A DNA stretch of 64,000 nucleotides from Planctomycetota bacterium. Lineage in GTDB: Bacteria > Planctomycetota > JAJSAM01 > JAJVHW01. Positions 28,677 through 37,670 of the stretch are shown here, in pieces. Each line of letters opens with the position of its first letter. Within the stretch, counting starts at the first letter, position 1. The notes below the pieces were generated by a model. It ran no database searches. It saw nothing but the letters and a program-made list of their open reading frames with translations, and was not told the origin of the DNA. Position numbers and translations under genes: made by a program. The DNA lies in contig CBDFJG010000002.1 in the NCBI GenBank assembly GCA_965248445.1, forward strand, positions 576,001 to 640,000. The letters run 5' to 3'.

Positions 28677-28736
28677 ATGCCGGAGGGCGTGATGCCGGAG
28701 GGCGTGATGCCGGAAGGCGCGATGCCGGAGGGCGCC
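28677..28736 (+). repeat. 15-bp tandem repeat x4 encoding MPEG[VA]
   Basis: ATGCCGGAGGGCGTG-like units; in frame with the reconstructed sigma-factor tail. Confidence 0.85.
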
Positions 28737-28738
28737 GA

Positions 28739-29362
28739 GTGAGACTTGCGCGCGGACAGAGGATGGCGCGCTGGCTCGCCGCCACGCTCGTGGTCGCCGC
28801 ACTCGGTGTGTCGGCCGCGTTCGTCGTGTCGCCGGAGACCGCCGACGCGGTGGACACGACGCGCGTGCTCGGCCGCTACCGGCTGAAGCTCAAGGGCGAC
28901 GGCTTCGACCGCGAGGCGGCGTCGTTGAGCTACCGCAACAAGAAGCTCCGTGGCAACGCGACGCTGACGCTCGTGCGTCCCGAGTCGGCCGTGAGTGCGC
29001 GCGAGGTCATCGTGCGGATCGTGCTGGACCGACGGCTCGACGGAAGTGTCCTCGACCGTGCGACACCCGATCCGGCGTTCCTCGGTAAGGGCCTCCTGAT
29101 CGAGGACTCGCTGACGGTGATCGGCACGGGCAGCGCGAACTTCGTCAACGCGGTCACGCTTCGCTTCAAGAACAAGGGCCGAAAGCTCTCCGGCTGGTGG
29201 TTGGCGTCGTTCCCGGCCGCGGCCGTCGACGGCGGGTTCGCCGGCGGCGTCGGGGTCCAGATCGCCGGCCGCCTGCAGCTGGCGCAGCCCTCACCGGCGC
29301 CTGTGCCGGTGGACCCGCTTCCCGTGCTGGCCGACGTGAACGGCAACCGCAAGCTCCGCTGA
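28739..29362 (+). CDS. Hypothetical secreted protein
   Basis: Signal-like hydrophobic N-terminus ending ADA; GTGA overlap with reconstructed upstream stop. Confidence 0.65.
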   Translation: MRLARGQRMARWLAATLVVAALGVSAAFVVSPETADAVDTTRVLGRYRLKLKGDGFDREAASLSYRNKKLRGNATLTLVRPESAVSAREVIVRIVLDRRLDGSVLDRATPDPAFLGKGLLIEDSLTVIGTGSANFVNAVTLRFKNKGRKLSGWWLASFPAAAVDGGFAGGVGVQIAGRLQLAQPSPAPVPVDPLPVLADVNGNRKLR

Positions 29363-29444
29363 GCCGCGGTCTCGCGGCCCTCCCCGCTCCCTCAGGCGCG
29401 TCACCGATGGTGAGGTACACTTCGTCCGGTCTGGGAGGCCCTGT

Positions 29445-29642
29445 ATGACCCTCTTTCCTGTTCTGGCATTTCTCGGCGGACATGAGCTCCTCATCGTGCT
29501 CGCGATCGCCATCCTCCTCTTCGGCGCCACCCGTCTGCCGAAGCTCGCGCGCTCGCTCGGCTCCTCTGTGACCGAGTTCAAGAAGGGCGTCAACGAGGCG
29601 AAGGACGCTCTGCCTTCGACCGACGAGTCCGAGCCCACGTGA
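29445..29642 (+). CDS. tatA: Twin-arginine translocase TatA/TatE subunit
   Basis: ELLIVLAIAILLFGATRLPKLARSLGSSVTEFKKG. Confidence 0.93.
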   Translation: MTLFPVLAFLGGHELLIVLAIAILLFGATRLPKLARSLGSSVTEFKKGVNEAKDALPSTDESEPT

Positions 29643-29690
29643 GCCCGCGCTCCGACGGATGAGCAGGCGCGATCCGAACAGGTCATCCGG

Positions 29691-30107
29691 GTGACCGATT
29701 CCTCTCCGTTCAGCCGCCTTCAGCCGGAAGGCTGGCCCCGCCCCACGGGCTATTCGAACGGCATCCTCGTGCCGCCGGGCCACGCGCTGGTCTTCACCGG
29801 CGGCATGGTGGGCTGGGACGCCGACGAGGCGATCGTCCCCGGCGGCCTGGTCCCGCAGTTCGAGCAGGCGCTCCAGAACGTCCTGGCGGTGCTCGCCGTG
29901 GCTGCCGCCGGGCCGGAGCACGTCGTGCGCATGACGTGCTACGTCACGGACCGTGAGGAGTACCTCGCCTCGCAGCGAGACCTCGGCGCTGCGTGGCTCC
30001 GCACGATGGGGCGGAACTTCCCCGCCATGTCTCTCGTGCAGATTGCGGCGCTCGTCGAGGACGGCGCGCGCATCGAGATCGAAGCGACCGCGGCAGTCCC
30101 GGGCTAG
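29691..30107 (+). CDS. RidA/YjgF family protein
   Basis: PTGYSNG, QALQNV..VL, FPAMSLVQIAALV...IEIEATA. Confidence 0.9.
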   Translation: MTDSSPFSRLQPEGWPRPTGYSNGILVPPGHALVFTGGMVGWDADEAIVPGGLVPQFEQALQNVLAVLAVAAAGPEHVVRMTCYVTDREEYLASQRDLGAAWLRTMGRNFPAMSLVQIAALVEDGARIEIEATAAVPG

Positions 30108-30114
30108 CTGCGCG

Positions 30115-31839
30115 CTAGTCCTTCGCCTTGTCGAGTTCGGCCTGTGCGCTCATCGCGAACTGCGCGGCGCGCATGCTCGGGTAGAGCCGGCCGTTCACGT
30201 TCGCCTCGGGATTGGCGCGCTTCTTCGCGTACCCGACGACCTTCTCGTACTCGCCGATCTCGAAGTGGTACTTGCAGAGGTTCTCGAGCGCGTCCCAGTA
30301 GCCGCGTTTGGGCGCCTGTCCGTCCACCTCGACGAGCGCAAGCACGTGGTTGAACATCGGCAGCGACTTCTCCTTCTGGTCGCGCAAATGAAAGAGCCAG
30401 ATGAGCGCGCAGTCGTTCAGGTAGTCCTGGTCGTCGGGACTCGCGGCCACGGATGCCTGGTACCACTTCAGACTCTTCTCGTAGTCCTTGCCGCGGTCGC
30501 GGTACCAGAAACCGGCGTTGTTCCCGAAGCTGCCCTCGCCGGGGTTCTTCTCCGTCAGTGCCGTGTACGCCCGCTCGCGCAACTCCGGCGAGAACACCCC
30601 GCCGGGGACCGTCGTGAAGAGCCACTTGTCGAGCGTGACCGACGCGCCGTAGGCGTCTCCCACGGGACCGTTCTCGAGCGCCGTCACGAGCGTCTCGGCG
30701 GCTTCCGCGTCGCGGTCACCGGCCGCCTGCAGCGTCTGTGCCCGCTGGAATAGGAGTCCGAAGTCGCCTGGATGGAGCGCGAGGCCTGCGTCGAGGACCT
30801 CGAGTGCCGGTCCCACTCCGTGTGCCTCGGATTGCGTCAGCAGATACGCCTTGTAGATGCGGGCCCACCGAGCCTTCGGGTTCTCGGCGACCACGGCGTC
30901 CAGCGCATCGAGCTGGCGCGGCAGGTCGGCGTACATCTTCACAAGGAGGTTCACCGGGCGCTGCTCGTCGGGGAGCAGCTTCGCCGCGCGAAGGTACCCG
31001 GTGCGCAGACGCGCGATGGGGTACTTGGCCCACTGCTTGGCGATGGTCGAGCGAAGCACGAGATCGCCCCGCAACGGAGCGATCTCGACGGCTTTCGTGA
31101 GGTGTGTGTCGGCGGTCTCCCACTCGCGTGCGTTCTCCGCCATGGCGGCCATCTCGAGTCGCGCGAGAAGATCGTCCGGGTGCTCTTCGAAGTGAGTGGT
31201 CAGCAGTTCCCGCGCGCCGTCGGGGTCTTCGCTCCAGCGCATGATGCGCGCGAGGAGCGCGACGCTCCCCGGCAGTCCGGCGTGCATCTTCTCGGCCTGA
31301 TCGACGCGCAGCTTGGCGTCGGCGATGTTTCCCTTCACGTAGAACTTGTCGCCCCCCGAGTTGAACGCCGCTTCGGCCAACTCTTGGAAGCACCATGCCG
31401 CTTCGAGCCGCAGTTGCGCGTCCGCGCCGCGCGCCTTCTCGGCGTCACGAAGCGTCTGGATCGCCTCGTGCCGTTGCCCGGCAGCGCGGAGCGTGCGGGC
31501 GGCTGCCAGCGCCGTGTCGTGTCCCGCCGTAAGTTCCGGCAGTGGATAGACGGCCGGCAGTGGGTTCGGCGGCGGAGTGCTCGACGGGGGGGGATCGGTC
31601 GCCGGGTCGTCGGCGACCGGAGTCGACGCGGCCGGCCCGTCCGCCGGCGGCGCCGGCCTGTCGGGAGCCCTGGTGGTGTCGGGCCTGGTGGCATCGGGAG
31701 CGGGCGCCTCGGATGCCGGTGCGGGCTCGGCCGGCTCGGGGACGGTGGTCTCGGACTCGCCACACGCCGCGGCCAGGCTCCTCGCGATGCCCAGCGCGAG
31801 GGCGATGCTGTACTGCGACGCTCGTGACTCTCTGCTCAT
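30115..31839 (-). CDS. TPR-repeat lipoprotein with Pro-rich linker
   Basis: AAAC lipobox-like site, PEPAEPAP linker, TPR-like helices (YEKSLKWYQASVAASPDDQDYLND). Confidence 0.75.
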   Translation of the reverse strand: MSRESRASQYSIALALGIARSLAAACGESETTVPEPAEPAPASEAPAPDATRPDTTRAPDRPAPPADGPAASTPVADDPATDPPPSSTPPPNPLPAVYPLPELTAGHDTALAAARTLRAAGQRHEAIQTLRDAEKARGADAQLRLEAAWCFQELAEAAFNSGGDKFYVKGNIADAKLRVDQAEKMHAGLPGSVALLARIMRWSEDPDGARELLTTHFEEHPDDLLARLEMAAMAENAREWETADTHLTKAVEIAPLRGDLVLRSTIAKQWAKYPIARLRTGYLRAAKLLPDEQRPVNLLVKMYADLPRQLDALDAVVAENPKARWARIYKAYLLTQSEAHGVGPALEVLDAGLALHPGDFGLLFQRAQTLQAAGDRDAEAAETLVTALENGPVGDAYGASVTLDKWLFTTVPGGVFSPELRERAYTALTEKNPGEGSFGNNAGFWYRDRGKDYEKSLKWYQASVAASPDDQDYLNDCALIWLFHLRDQKEKSLPMFNHVLALVEVDGQAPKRGYWDALENLCKYHFEIGEYEKVVGYAKKRANPEANVNGRLYPSMRAAQFAMSAQAELDKAKD

Positions 31840-31918
31840 CTCGACCTCCCGACCGCGCCCGGCGCCTGCCCGAGTGTAAGAGAGCTCTCGCAGGGGGTGA
31901 CAACGAACGGGCTCAGTC

Positions 31919-32078
31919 TCGCGGAGAGGTGTGCCCGGGCGAGTCCACGCGGTGTCCTGTGGGACCCCAATCAGGCTGATCCCGGGCTTGTTCGAGCCTG
32001 GAGCCCATTGGCACGGGGGGTGCTATTCGACGGGTGACCGCACTTGGGGGTCATGCTCCCCAGCACGTAAAGCCGCGA
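31919..32078 (+). ncRNA. Candidate 6S-like structured RNA
   Basis: End-to-end rod pairing (TCGCGG/CCGCGA, GTGC/GCAC, GGG-GAGT/GCTCCCC, GCGGT/ACCGC, CAGGCT/AGCCTG); about 160 nt; downstream hairpin. Confidence 0.4.
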
Positions 32079-32127
32079 CCCTCCCTCCCTTCCCATCCCT
32101 ACCCAGCGGCTCCCTCCTTGTGCGAAG

Positions 32128-32156
32128 GCGGCGCCCGCCGATCCGGCGGGCGCCGC
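32128..32156. terminator. Perfect 13-bp stem hairpin (possible terminator; no adjacent U-tract)
   Basis: GCGGCGCCCGCCG-ATC-CGGCGGGCGCCGC. Confidence 0.45.
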
Positions 32157-32294
32157 GCCCATTTACGGCGCCACCCGTCACAGCGCCGTTGGAACGCGGC
32201 GCACCCAGCCTGAGCGTGAGCCCGCGGCCGCGCCCGTCGCCGGCGCTTCACTTGCACCCCCGCCCGTTCCGATGCACCGGAGGACGTCCTCCTC

Positions 32295-34574
32295 GTGAGG
32301 GCGCCGGAGAACGCTGCCGTGGACAAGAGCGCCGATCCAGCCAAGAACCGTCGATCCAAGGCCCGCACGGGTGCCCAGAGCGCCGCGTCGGCCCCCGCCC
32401 TTGCGGCCCGCGTGCGCGAGCTCGAGACCGTGCTCGCCGTCGAGCGCGCGGAGAACGCCAAGCGACTCCGCGAAGTCGACGGCCACATGCGCGTCATGCG
32501 GACGTCGCTCGGCGAATTGCAGACCGACTTCCGGCGTCTCTCCGAAGAGCGCCAGCGACTGCGCGGCGAGCTGACCGGCGGCGAAGACACGATCAAGGAA
32601 CTCGAGGCGCGGGTCGAACACCTGCGGACACGCGCACACGACGTGGCGACGGAGAGAGAAGGAGCCGCCGCGTCGGCCGTGTCCGCGGCCATCTCCCGTG
32701 CACAGGAAGCCGAAACGGTCCTGACCTCGGAGCGCAAGCGGGTCGTGGAACTCGAAGCGCAGCTGCTCGAGGCGCGTGCCGAGGGCGAGGTCGCCGCAGA
32801 CCACCGCATTCGCGAACTCGAGCGCCGGGTCGGCGAACGCGAGATGCAGCTGATCCGCGCGGCCGACATGCTGGATCGCTACGAGAAGCGACTGGAGCGA
32901 AGCGAGGAGCGCACCGAGGCCGCGGTCAGTGTGGCGCAGCAGCTGTCCGAGCAGGTGAGCGCCCCGTCGACGGCGGGACGTGACGATGCTGCCGTCGTGA
33001 TCGTCGCCGACTCCAGCGTCGACCTCGACCTCGACCTCGAGCCCGACCTCGACCCCGGCACCGGCACCGACACGGACAACGCCGCGCCGGGTCCCGAAGC
33101 GCACGCGCCGGAACCGGACCCCGCGGTAGTCGCAGCGCCGACGTCGGGGACGGACACCGGCGAGCGCGACGCCAACGACCTGGCCGAGAGCGACACGTTC
33201 GAGCCGGGCGACCTGCTGCTCCGTTACGAGTCGCGTACAGGCGACGACAGCGAGTCCGACGACCCGCAGGAAGCAGAGACGTCAGGCCGCCGCCGCCGCC
33301 GCCGGAGTCGCGATCGGTCCGACCGCGACTCCGACGCCTCGGGCAGTGCGCCGTACGACTTCGAGTCGTCCGCAGTCGAGTCCGGCGAAGACCCCGTGCT
33401 CGAGAACACCGACGACGAAGTGGCTCCGTTGAACCAGAAGGAGCACGCCGCCTACGAGACGTCGCTCCCGCCGGTCGACGCCGAGCGACTCCCCGACATC
33501 GAGGGTGTCGAGATCGAGGGCGCGCTCGCAGCGCCGCCCGCCGGTCGTCACTTCCACGGCCGCGTCGCGAGGACTCGCCGCGCTGTGCTGGTCCGCATGC
33601 TGCCGGCACGCTTGCAGGACTTCGACGAGTCGAAGCTCGAGCGCCTCGTCGCACTGCGCCACGCGAACCTCGCGAGCCTGCTGTCCTTCGGCATCTCGCG
33701 GCTGGGTCCGTTCCTGGTTGCCGAGCGCCCCGACGGCGAGACCGCGGAGCACGTCGTGCGCCGCGGCGGATCGGTGCCCGAGGATGTCGCGATCGACCTG
33801 GTCCGCCAGGTCGCGCGCGGGTTGCGCGACGCATCGTTCCGCGACTTCCTGCACGGCGATCTGACGCCGTGGTCGGTGCGCGTGTCTCCCGGCAACAAGG
33901 TGAAGGTCTACGACGTCGGCTCGTCCGTCCTGTGCGACCTGGGCCGGGAGCCGCCGACCAACCCTGCGTTCGCGGCGCCGGAGCGGCTCAACGCCGACGG
34001 AGAGATCGACGAGCGCAGTGACATCTACTCACTGGGTGGGGTGCTGTACTACCTACTCACCGGCCGTCCGCCGTTCGAGCGCTCGGCCGAGGACGTGGCG
34101 CGCCGCGATCCGACCCAGCGCTGCCCCTCAGTGCGCGAGGCGAACCCGAGCGTCTCCGAGGAGACGGCCCAGTTCATGCAGGATCTGACGCACCCCGACG
34201 CCGCATCGCGCCCGGCGTCCTGGGACCACGTGCTGATCGAGATGGACCGGTTGCCGCCGCCCAGCGCCGGAGACGCGCCGGCCGGAGACGACGCTGCGAC
34301 CGGGCTGCGTGGGTGGCTCGCCGAACACCCGCTGGTGACGCTGGCCGGTGCGGTTCTGCCGCTGGTCTGCGCAGCCCTTGCGTTCCTGGTGCTGGGACCG
34401 GGTGAGCCGACGCCGCGCGAGCGCTTCGAGGCCGTCGAGTTGAGCGCCCAGGAACTCGCCGCAGAGGGCGATGTCGACGGAGCCCGCAAGATGTACGCCG
34501 CGTTCCTGCGCGGAACCGGCGACCCGGACGTCGAGCGCGACGCCGCCGCACGCATCGACGCGCTCTACAAGTAG
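32295..34574 (+). CDS. Membrane-anchored Ser/Thr kinase-like protein (probable pseudokinase) with N-terminal coiled coil
   Basis: LRHANLASL, LHGDLTPWSV, KVYDVG, FAAPE, DERSDIYSLGGVLYYLLTGRPPF; TM near C-terminus. Confidence 0.82.
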   Translation: MRAPENAAVDKSADPAKNRRSKARTGAQSAASAPALAARVRELETVLAVERAENAKRLREVDGHMRVMRTSLGELQTDFRRLSEERQRLRGELTGGEDTIKELEARVEHLRTRAHDVATEREGAAASAVSAAISRAQEAETVLTSERKRVVELEAQLLEARAEGEVAADHRIRELERRVGEREMQLIRAADMLDRYEKRLERSEERTEAAVSVAQQLSEQVSAPSTAGRDDAAVVIVADSSVDLDLDLEPDLDPGTGTDTDNAAPGPEAHAPEPDPAVVAAPTSGTDTGERDANDLAESDTFEPGDLLLRYESRTGDDSESDDPQEAETSGRRRRRRSRDRSDRDSDASGSAPYDFESSAVESGEDPVLENTDDEVAPLNQKEHAAYETSLPPVDAERLPDIEGVEIEGALAAPPAGRHFHGRVARTRRAVLVRMLPARLQDFDESKLERLVALRHANLASLLSFGISRLGPFLVAERPDGETAEHVVRRGGSVPEDVAIDLVRQVARGLRDASFRDFLHGDLTPWSVRVSPGNKVKVYDVGSSVLCDLGREPPTNPAFAAPERLNADGEIDERSDIYSLGGVLYYLLTGRPPFERSAEDVARRDPTQRCPSVREANPSVSEETAQFMQDLTHPDAASRPASWDHVLIEMDRLPPPSAGDAPAGDDAATGLRGWLAEHPLVTLAGAVLPLVCAALAFLVLGPGEPTPRERFEAVELSAQELAAEGDVDGARKMYAAFLRGTGDPDVERDAAARIDALYK

Positions 34575-34643
34575 TCGCCGAAGGCGCGCGGTCGCGGGGG
34601 ACGGACGCCGTTTGGCGATCGTGCAAGGGGGTTGCGAGGCTCC

Positions 34644-35366
34644 TTAGCTAGCCGTGCGAAGCAGACGCGGCACGTCCGCGAACGTCTGCGCGATCAACGT
34701 CGGGACGCCGTCGGCTCCGTCCACCTGCCCGCGATCGCGATGCCACGGCGCCGGGTGGGGAACGTAGATCGTGCGGAATCCTGCCGCGCGTGCCGGGTTC
34801 ACGTCGCTGTCCGGGCTGTTGCCGATCATCCAGCAGAGCGCGGAGTCGACCTCGCGAGCCGCCGCGGCAGTCGTGTACGTCGCGACCGTCTTCTCCGGCA
34901 CGACGAGCACGTCTGCGAAGTGCGATAGCAGTCCGGACCGCTCGGCCTTCGCGGCCTGCTCGCTCAGCTGCCCCTTGGTCAGCACGACCAGGTGCCGGGT
35001 CTCCGCGAGCGCTGCGACCCCGTCGCGGACTCCCGGTAGCAGCAGGATCTCGTGGTCGCGGATCCGCGTGATGGCGCTCGCCACGAATGCGTCCATCTCG
35101 GCGCGTAGGGCGGCGTCCGCGTCCGGGAGCAGACCCGCGAAGGCAGCCCGCACCGACCGGCAGAACGGACCAGCGCCGTAGCCCAGGGTGTGGATCGTGA
35201 CGTCCTCCTCGGCCTCGAGCGCGTCCCTTGCGCCGGCCGGGTTGATTCCGTGCTCGGCGACCCACGCGACGTAGTCCGCGATCTCCTGCTCGAAGTGCAG
35301 GTTGTTCTCCCACAGCGTGTCATCGGCGTCGATGAAGACGATGCCCTGGCGAGTCGCGGACGTCAT
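34644..35366 (-). CDS. HAD family hydrolase
   Basis: IDADDTLWEN, LTKG, EK, MIGNSPDSDVNPA. Confidence 0.9.
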   Translation of the reverse strand: MTSATRQGIVFIDADDTLWENNLHFEQEIADYVAWVAEHGINPAGARDALEAEEDVTIHTLGYGAGPFCRSVRAAFAGLLPDADAALRAEMDAFVASAITRIRDHEILLLPGVRDGVAALAETRHLVVLTKGQLSEQAAKAERSGLLSHFADVLVVPEKTVATYTTAAAAREVDSALCWMIGNSPDSDVNPARAAGFRTIYVPHPAPWHRDRGQVDGADGVPTLIAQTFADVPRLLRTAS

Positions 35367-35412
35367 GGCGCGGGATGGTACGCGTACGCACCCCTGGCCG
35401 TAACCTCCGCCG

Positions 35413-36672
35413 ATGCGACTCCGGCGGGACCTCCTCATCGTCACGGCTGCCGCGCTGGTGGTGCGCGTCGCGCTGGCAGCCATTGCCGGGATCGACGGTC
35501 CGCCCGTGGAGGACGAGCGGGGCTATGTGTTGCTCGCCCATTCGCTCTTGGACGACTTCAGCCTGCGCCTCCCTGTCCCCGACGACGTGATGACGCAGGC
35601 GGGCCTCGGTGGTAAGCGCTACCTGCACGGATTCCGCGCGCCGCTGTTGCCGCTCGTCGGCGCGATCCTCGGAGGCAGCGCGATCGCGCTGCGTGTGCTC
35701 TCGCTCGTCGCCGGGACGCTCTCTGCGCCGGTGCTGCTGCTGAGTCTGAGACACCGCGTTCCCCGTCGCACCGCGTTCCTCGCGGCGCTCGCTTACGCGG
35801 TGTGGCCCCCGTTCGCGTACCTGTCGGTGCGCGCGCTGACGGAGCCGATCGGAATGCTGCTACTGCTTTCCTCCGTTCTGGTGAGCGTGCGCGGCACGAC
35901 GACGCGCGACGCGGTCGGCGCCGGAGTCCTGGCCGGGCTGTCCGTCCTGGCGCGGCCCGCACTGCTCGTGCCCGCGTGTGCGCTGGCGCTTGCTCTCGGC
36001 CGCCGTCGGCGCGCCGCCGTGTTCCTCCTACTGCTGCTCGTCACGCTGTCCCCGTGGATCGTTCGAAACGCTCTGTGGCTGCATCGTCCGTTGTTGACCA
36101 CCAATTCCGGCGTGACACTCGTCGGGGCGAACTCGGAGGCCGCGGCCAGCGCGGCGCACCCGGGGAAGTGGGTTGCTCCGTCGGTGGCGTACGCGCAGAG
36201 CGATGATCCGCCCGACCTCGGGATGTACGGCTGGTCGTCGCTCGGGGAGGAGAGGAGCAACAGTCGTTTCACGGGCGACGCGCTCCGCTGGGTGCGTGAG
36301 AATCCGGGGCAGGCCGCGGTGCTGGCTGCGTGGAAGATGGTGCGTCTGGTCGATCCCGACCCGCGGAGCAGCAAACCGGACGCGCGAACCAAGGCGCTGA
36401 TCGGCTGGCTGACGCTCGGTCCGGTTCTGTTGCTCGCACTCGCGGGCAGCCGTGCGACGTGGCGGGAGCGAAGGCGCCTCGCGCCGTGGCTCGCCCTGGC
36501 GGGCGGGACGATCCTCACCGCGGTCATCTTCTATGGCGATACGCGCATGCGCACCGCGGCGGATCCCGCGCTCCTGACCGTCGCCGCCCTGGGCCTGAAC
36601 CGTCTCCTTTGCCGCGGGGGCTCTGAACCCGGCGCAGACACTGAACCTGGTGCTGGGGGCATGGTTGAATGA
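35413..36672 (+). CDS. GT-C fold (ArnT/PMT-like, GT39/83) membrane glycosyltransferase
   Basis: DERGY loop, FRAPLLP, LTEP, LARP, PWIVRN, TNSGVTL..AN; many TMs. Confidence 0.75.
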   Translation: MRLRRDLLIVTAAALVVRVALAAIAGIDGPPVEDERGYVLLAHSLLDDFSLRLPVPDDVMTQAGLGGKRYLHGFRAPLLPLVGAILGGSAIALRVLSLVAGTLSAPVLLLSLRHRVPRRTAFLAALAYAVWPPFAYLSVRALTEPIGMLLLLSSVLVSVRGTTTRDAVGAGVLAGLSVLARPALLVPACALALALGRRRRAAVFLLLLLVTLSPWIVRNALWLHRPLLTTNSGVTLVGANSEAAASAAHPGKWVAPSVAYAQSDDPPDLGMYGWSSLGEERSNSRFTGDALRWVRENPGQAAVLAAWKMVRLVDPDPRSSKPDARTKALIGWLTLGPVLLLALAGSRATWRERRRLAPWLALAGGTILTAVIFYGDTRMRTAADPALLTVAALGLNRLLCRGGSEPGADTEPGAGGMVE

Positions 36673-36677
36673 GGGGC

Positions 36678-37289
36678 ATGAGCGGAGCGCCCAGCAGGAC
36701 CCCCGACGAAGCACGCGCGATCCTCGCCACCGAGTTGGTGCGCCTCGCCCCGCGTCGCGCCGCGCTGGGCGAGGCTGGCGCGTACGCGGTGGCGGCGTGG
36801 ACGCTCATGCACGCATTCGAGTTCGAGGCCTCCGTGCTCGGCTGGGCGACCGTGCTCGAGCACGCGCCGCGCGACGTCGAGGCGGTGTTCCGCCACGCGC
36901 ACTGCCTCCTCGAACTCGGCAAGTACGACGCGGCGGCAGAGGGATTCCGCGCGGCGCACGCCCTGGACGCGGAACTCGCCGACGACCCGGCCGGCGAGGG
37001 TCTCGATTGGCTGGAGGACGATCCCGCATACCGGCTCGGCAATTGCCTCCACGCGTCGGGCGATCTGCCGGCGGCTGTAGAGGCGTACGAAGAGTCCGCT
37101 CGGCGCAACACCATCGGGATCGAGTCGCTCCGGGAGATTGCGCGTTGCCACCTCGCTACGGGAAGTACGGGTGGAGCGCTCGATGCGATCGGACGCATGG
37201 AGTCGCGGGCGAGCAGCCTCGCGGTGCGCGCCGATGCGCTCGCCTTGCGTGCCGAGGCGCACCGGATCGCGGCAGGCGGCGCGACGTGA
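36678..37289 (+). CDS. TPR-repeat protein
   Basis: AHCLLELGKYDAAAEGF, YRLGNCLHASGDLPAAVEAYEES. Confidence 0.75.
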   Translation: MSGAPSRTPDEARAILATELVRLAPRRAALGEAGAYAVAAWTLMHAFEFEASVLGWATVLEHAPRDVEAVFRHAHCLLELGKYDAAAEGFRAAHALDAELADDPAGEGLDWLEDDPAYRLGNCLHASGDLPAAVEAYEESARRNTIGIESLREIARCHLATGSTGGALDAIGRMESRASSLAVRADALALRAEAHRIAAGGAT

Positions 37290-37657
37290 CGACCGGGGCG
37301 CAGGGTGACGCGCCCACCGACGACGTGCAGGCGACGCCGGTCCGCGCCGTCGCAGAACCGCCGGAACCCGCAGACGACGACCTCACGCCGCGCCTCGCGC
37401 GTCAGCCGCCTCCGCTCTGGCGACGGATCACGCGCATCGCACTCGGCGTAGCGCTGCTCATCGTGGGCATCGCGGAGGTGTTCCTGCCGGGGCCGGCGAT
37501 CGTGTGCTTCGCCATCGGCTTCTCCCTGCTCGCGCCTGATGTGCCGCCGATCCGCCGCGCGGTCGTCGCGCTCTACCGCCGCTGGCCCAAGGTCCGGCGC
37601 GCCGTGCCGCGCCGCTTCCGCCGCACGACGCACAGGCGCGTCGACACCGAGTCCTGA
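37286..37657 (+). CDS. PGPGW-domain small membrane protein
   Basis: GVALLIVGIAEVFLPGPAIVCFAIGFSLLA followed by basic tail. Confidence 0.7.
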   Translation: MTTGAQGDAPTDDVQATPVRAVAEPPEPADDDLTPRLARQPPPLWRRITRIALGVALLIVGIAEVFLPGPAIVCFAIGFSLLAPDVPPIRRAVVALYRRWPKVRRAVPRRFRRTTHRRVDTES

Positions 37658-37670
37658 AGCGGACCGACCC

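Larger units (their letters stand above)
25372..28742 (+). pseudogene. ECF (sigma-70) RNA polymerase sigma factor with TM segment and long C-terminal extension; frameshift near 26590 and IS66 insertion near the 3' end
   Basis: Sigma2 DAFAELAHRH..AEDMVQEAL, sigma4 DYREIAAALSVSQGAARVRVHRAL; removing the IS restores a tail ending at TGA 28742. Confidence 0.75.

Noticed and set aside
33013..33077. GACCTC/GGCACC short tandem repeats as a contingency locus
   Set aside because: In-frame hexamers encoding a low-complexity DL/GT linker; they cannot shift the frame.
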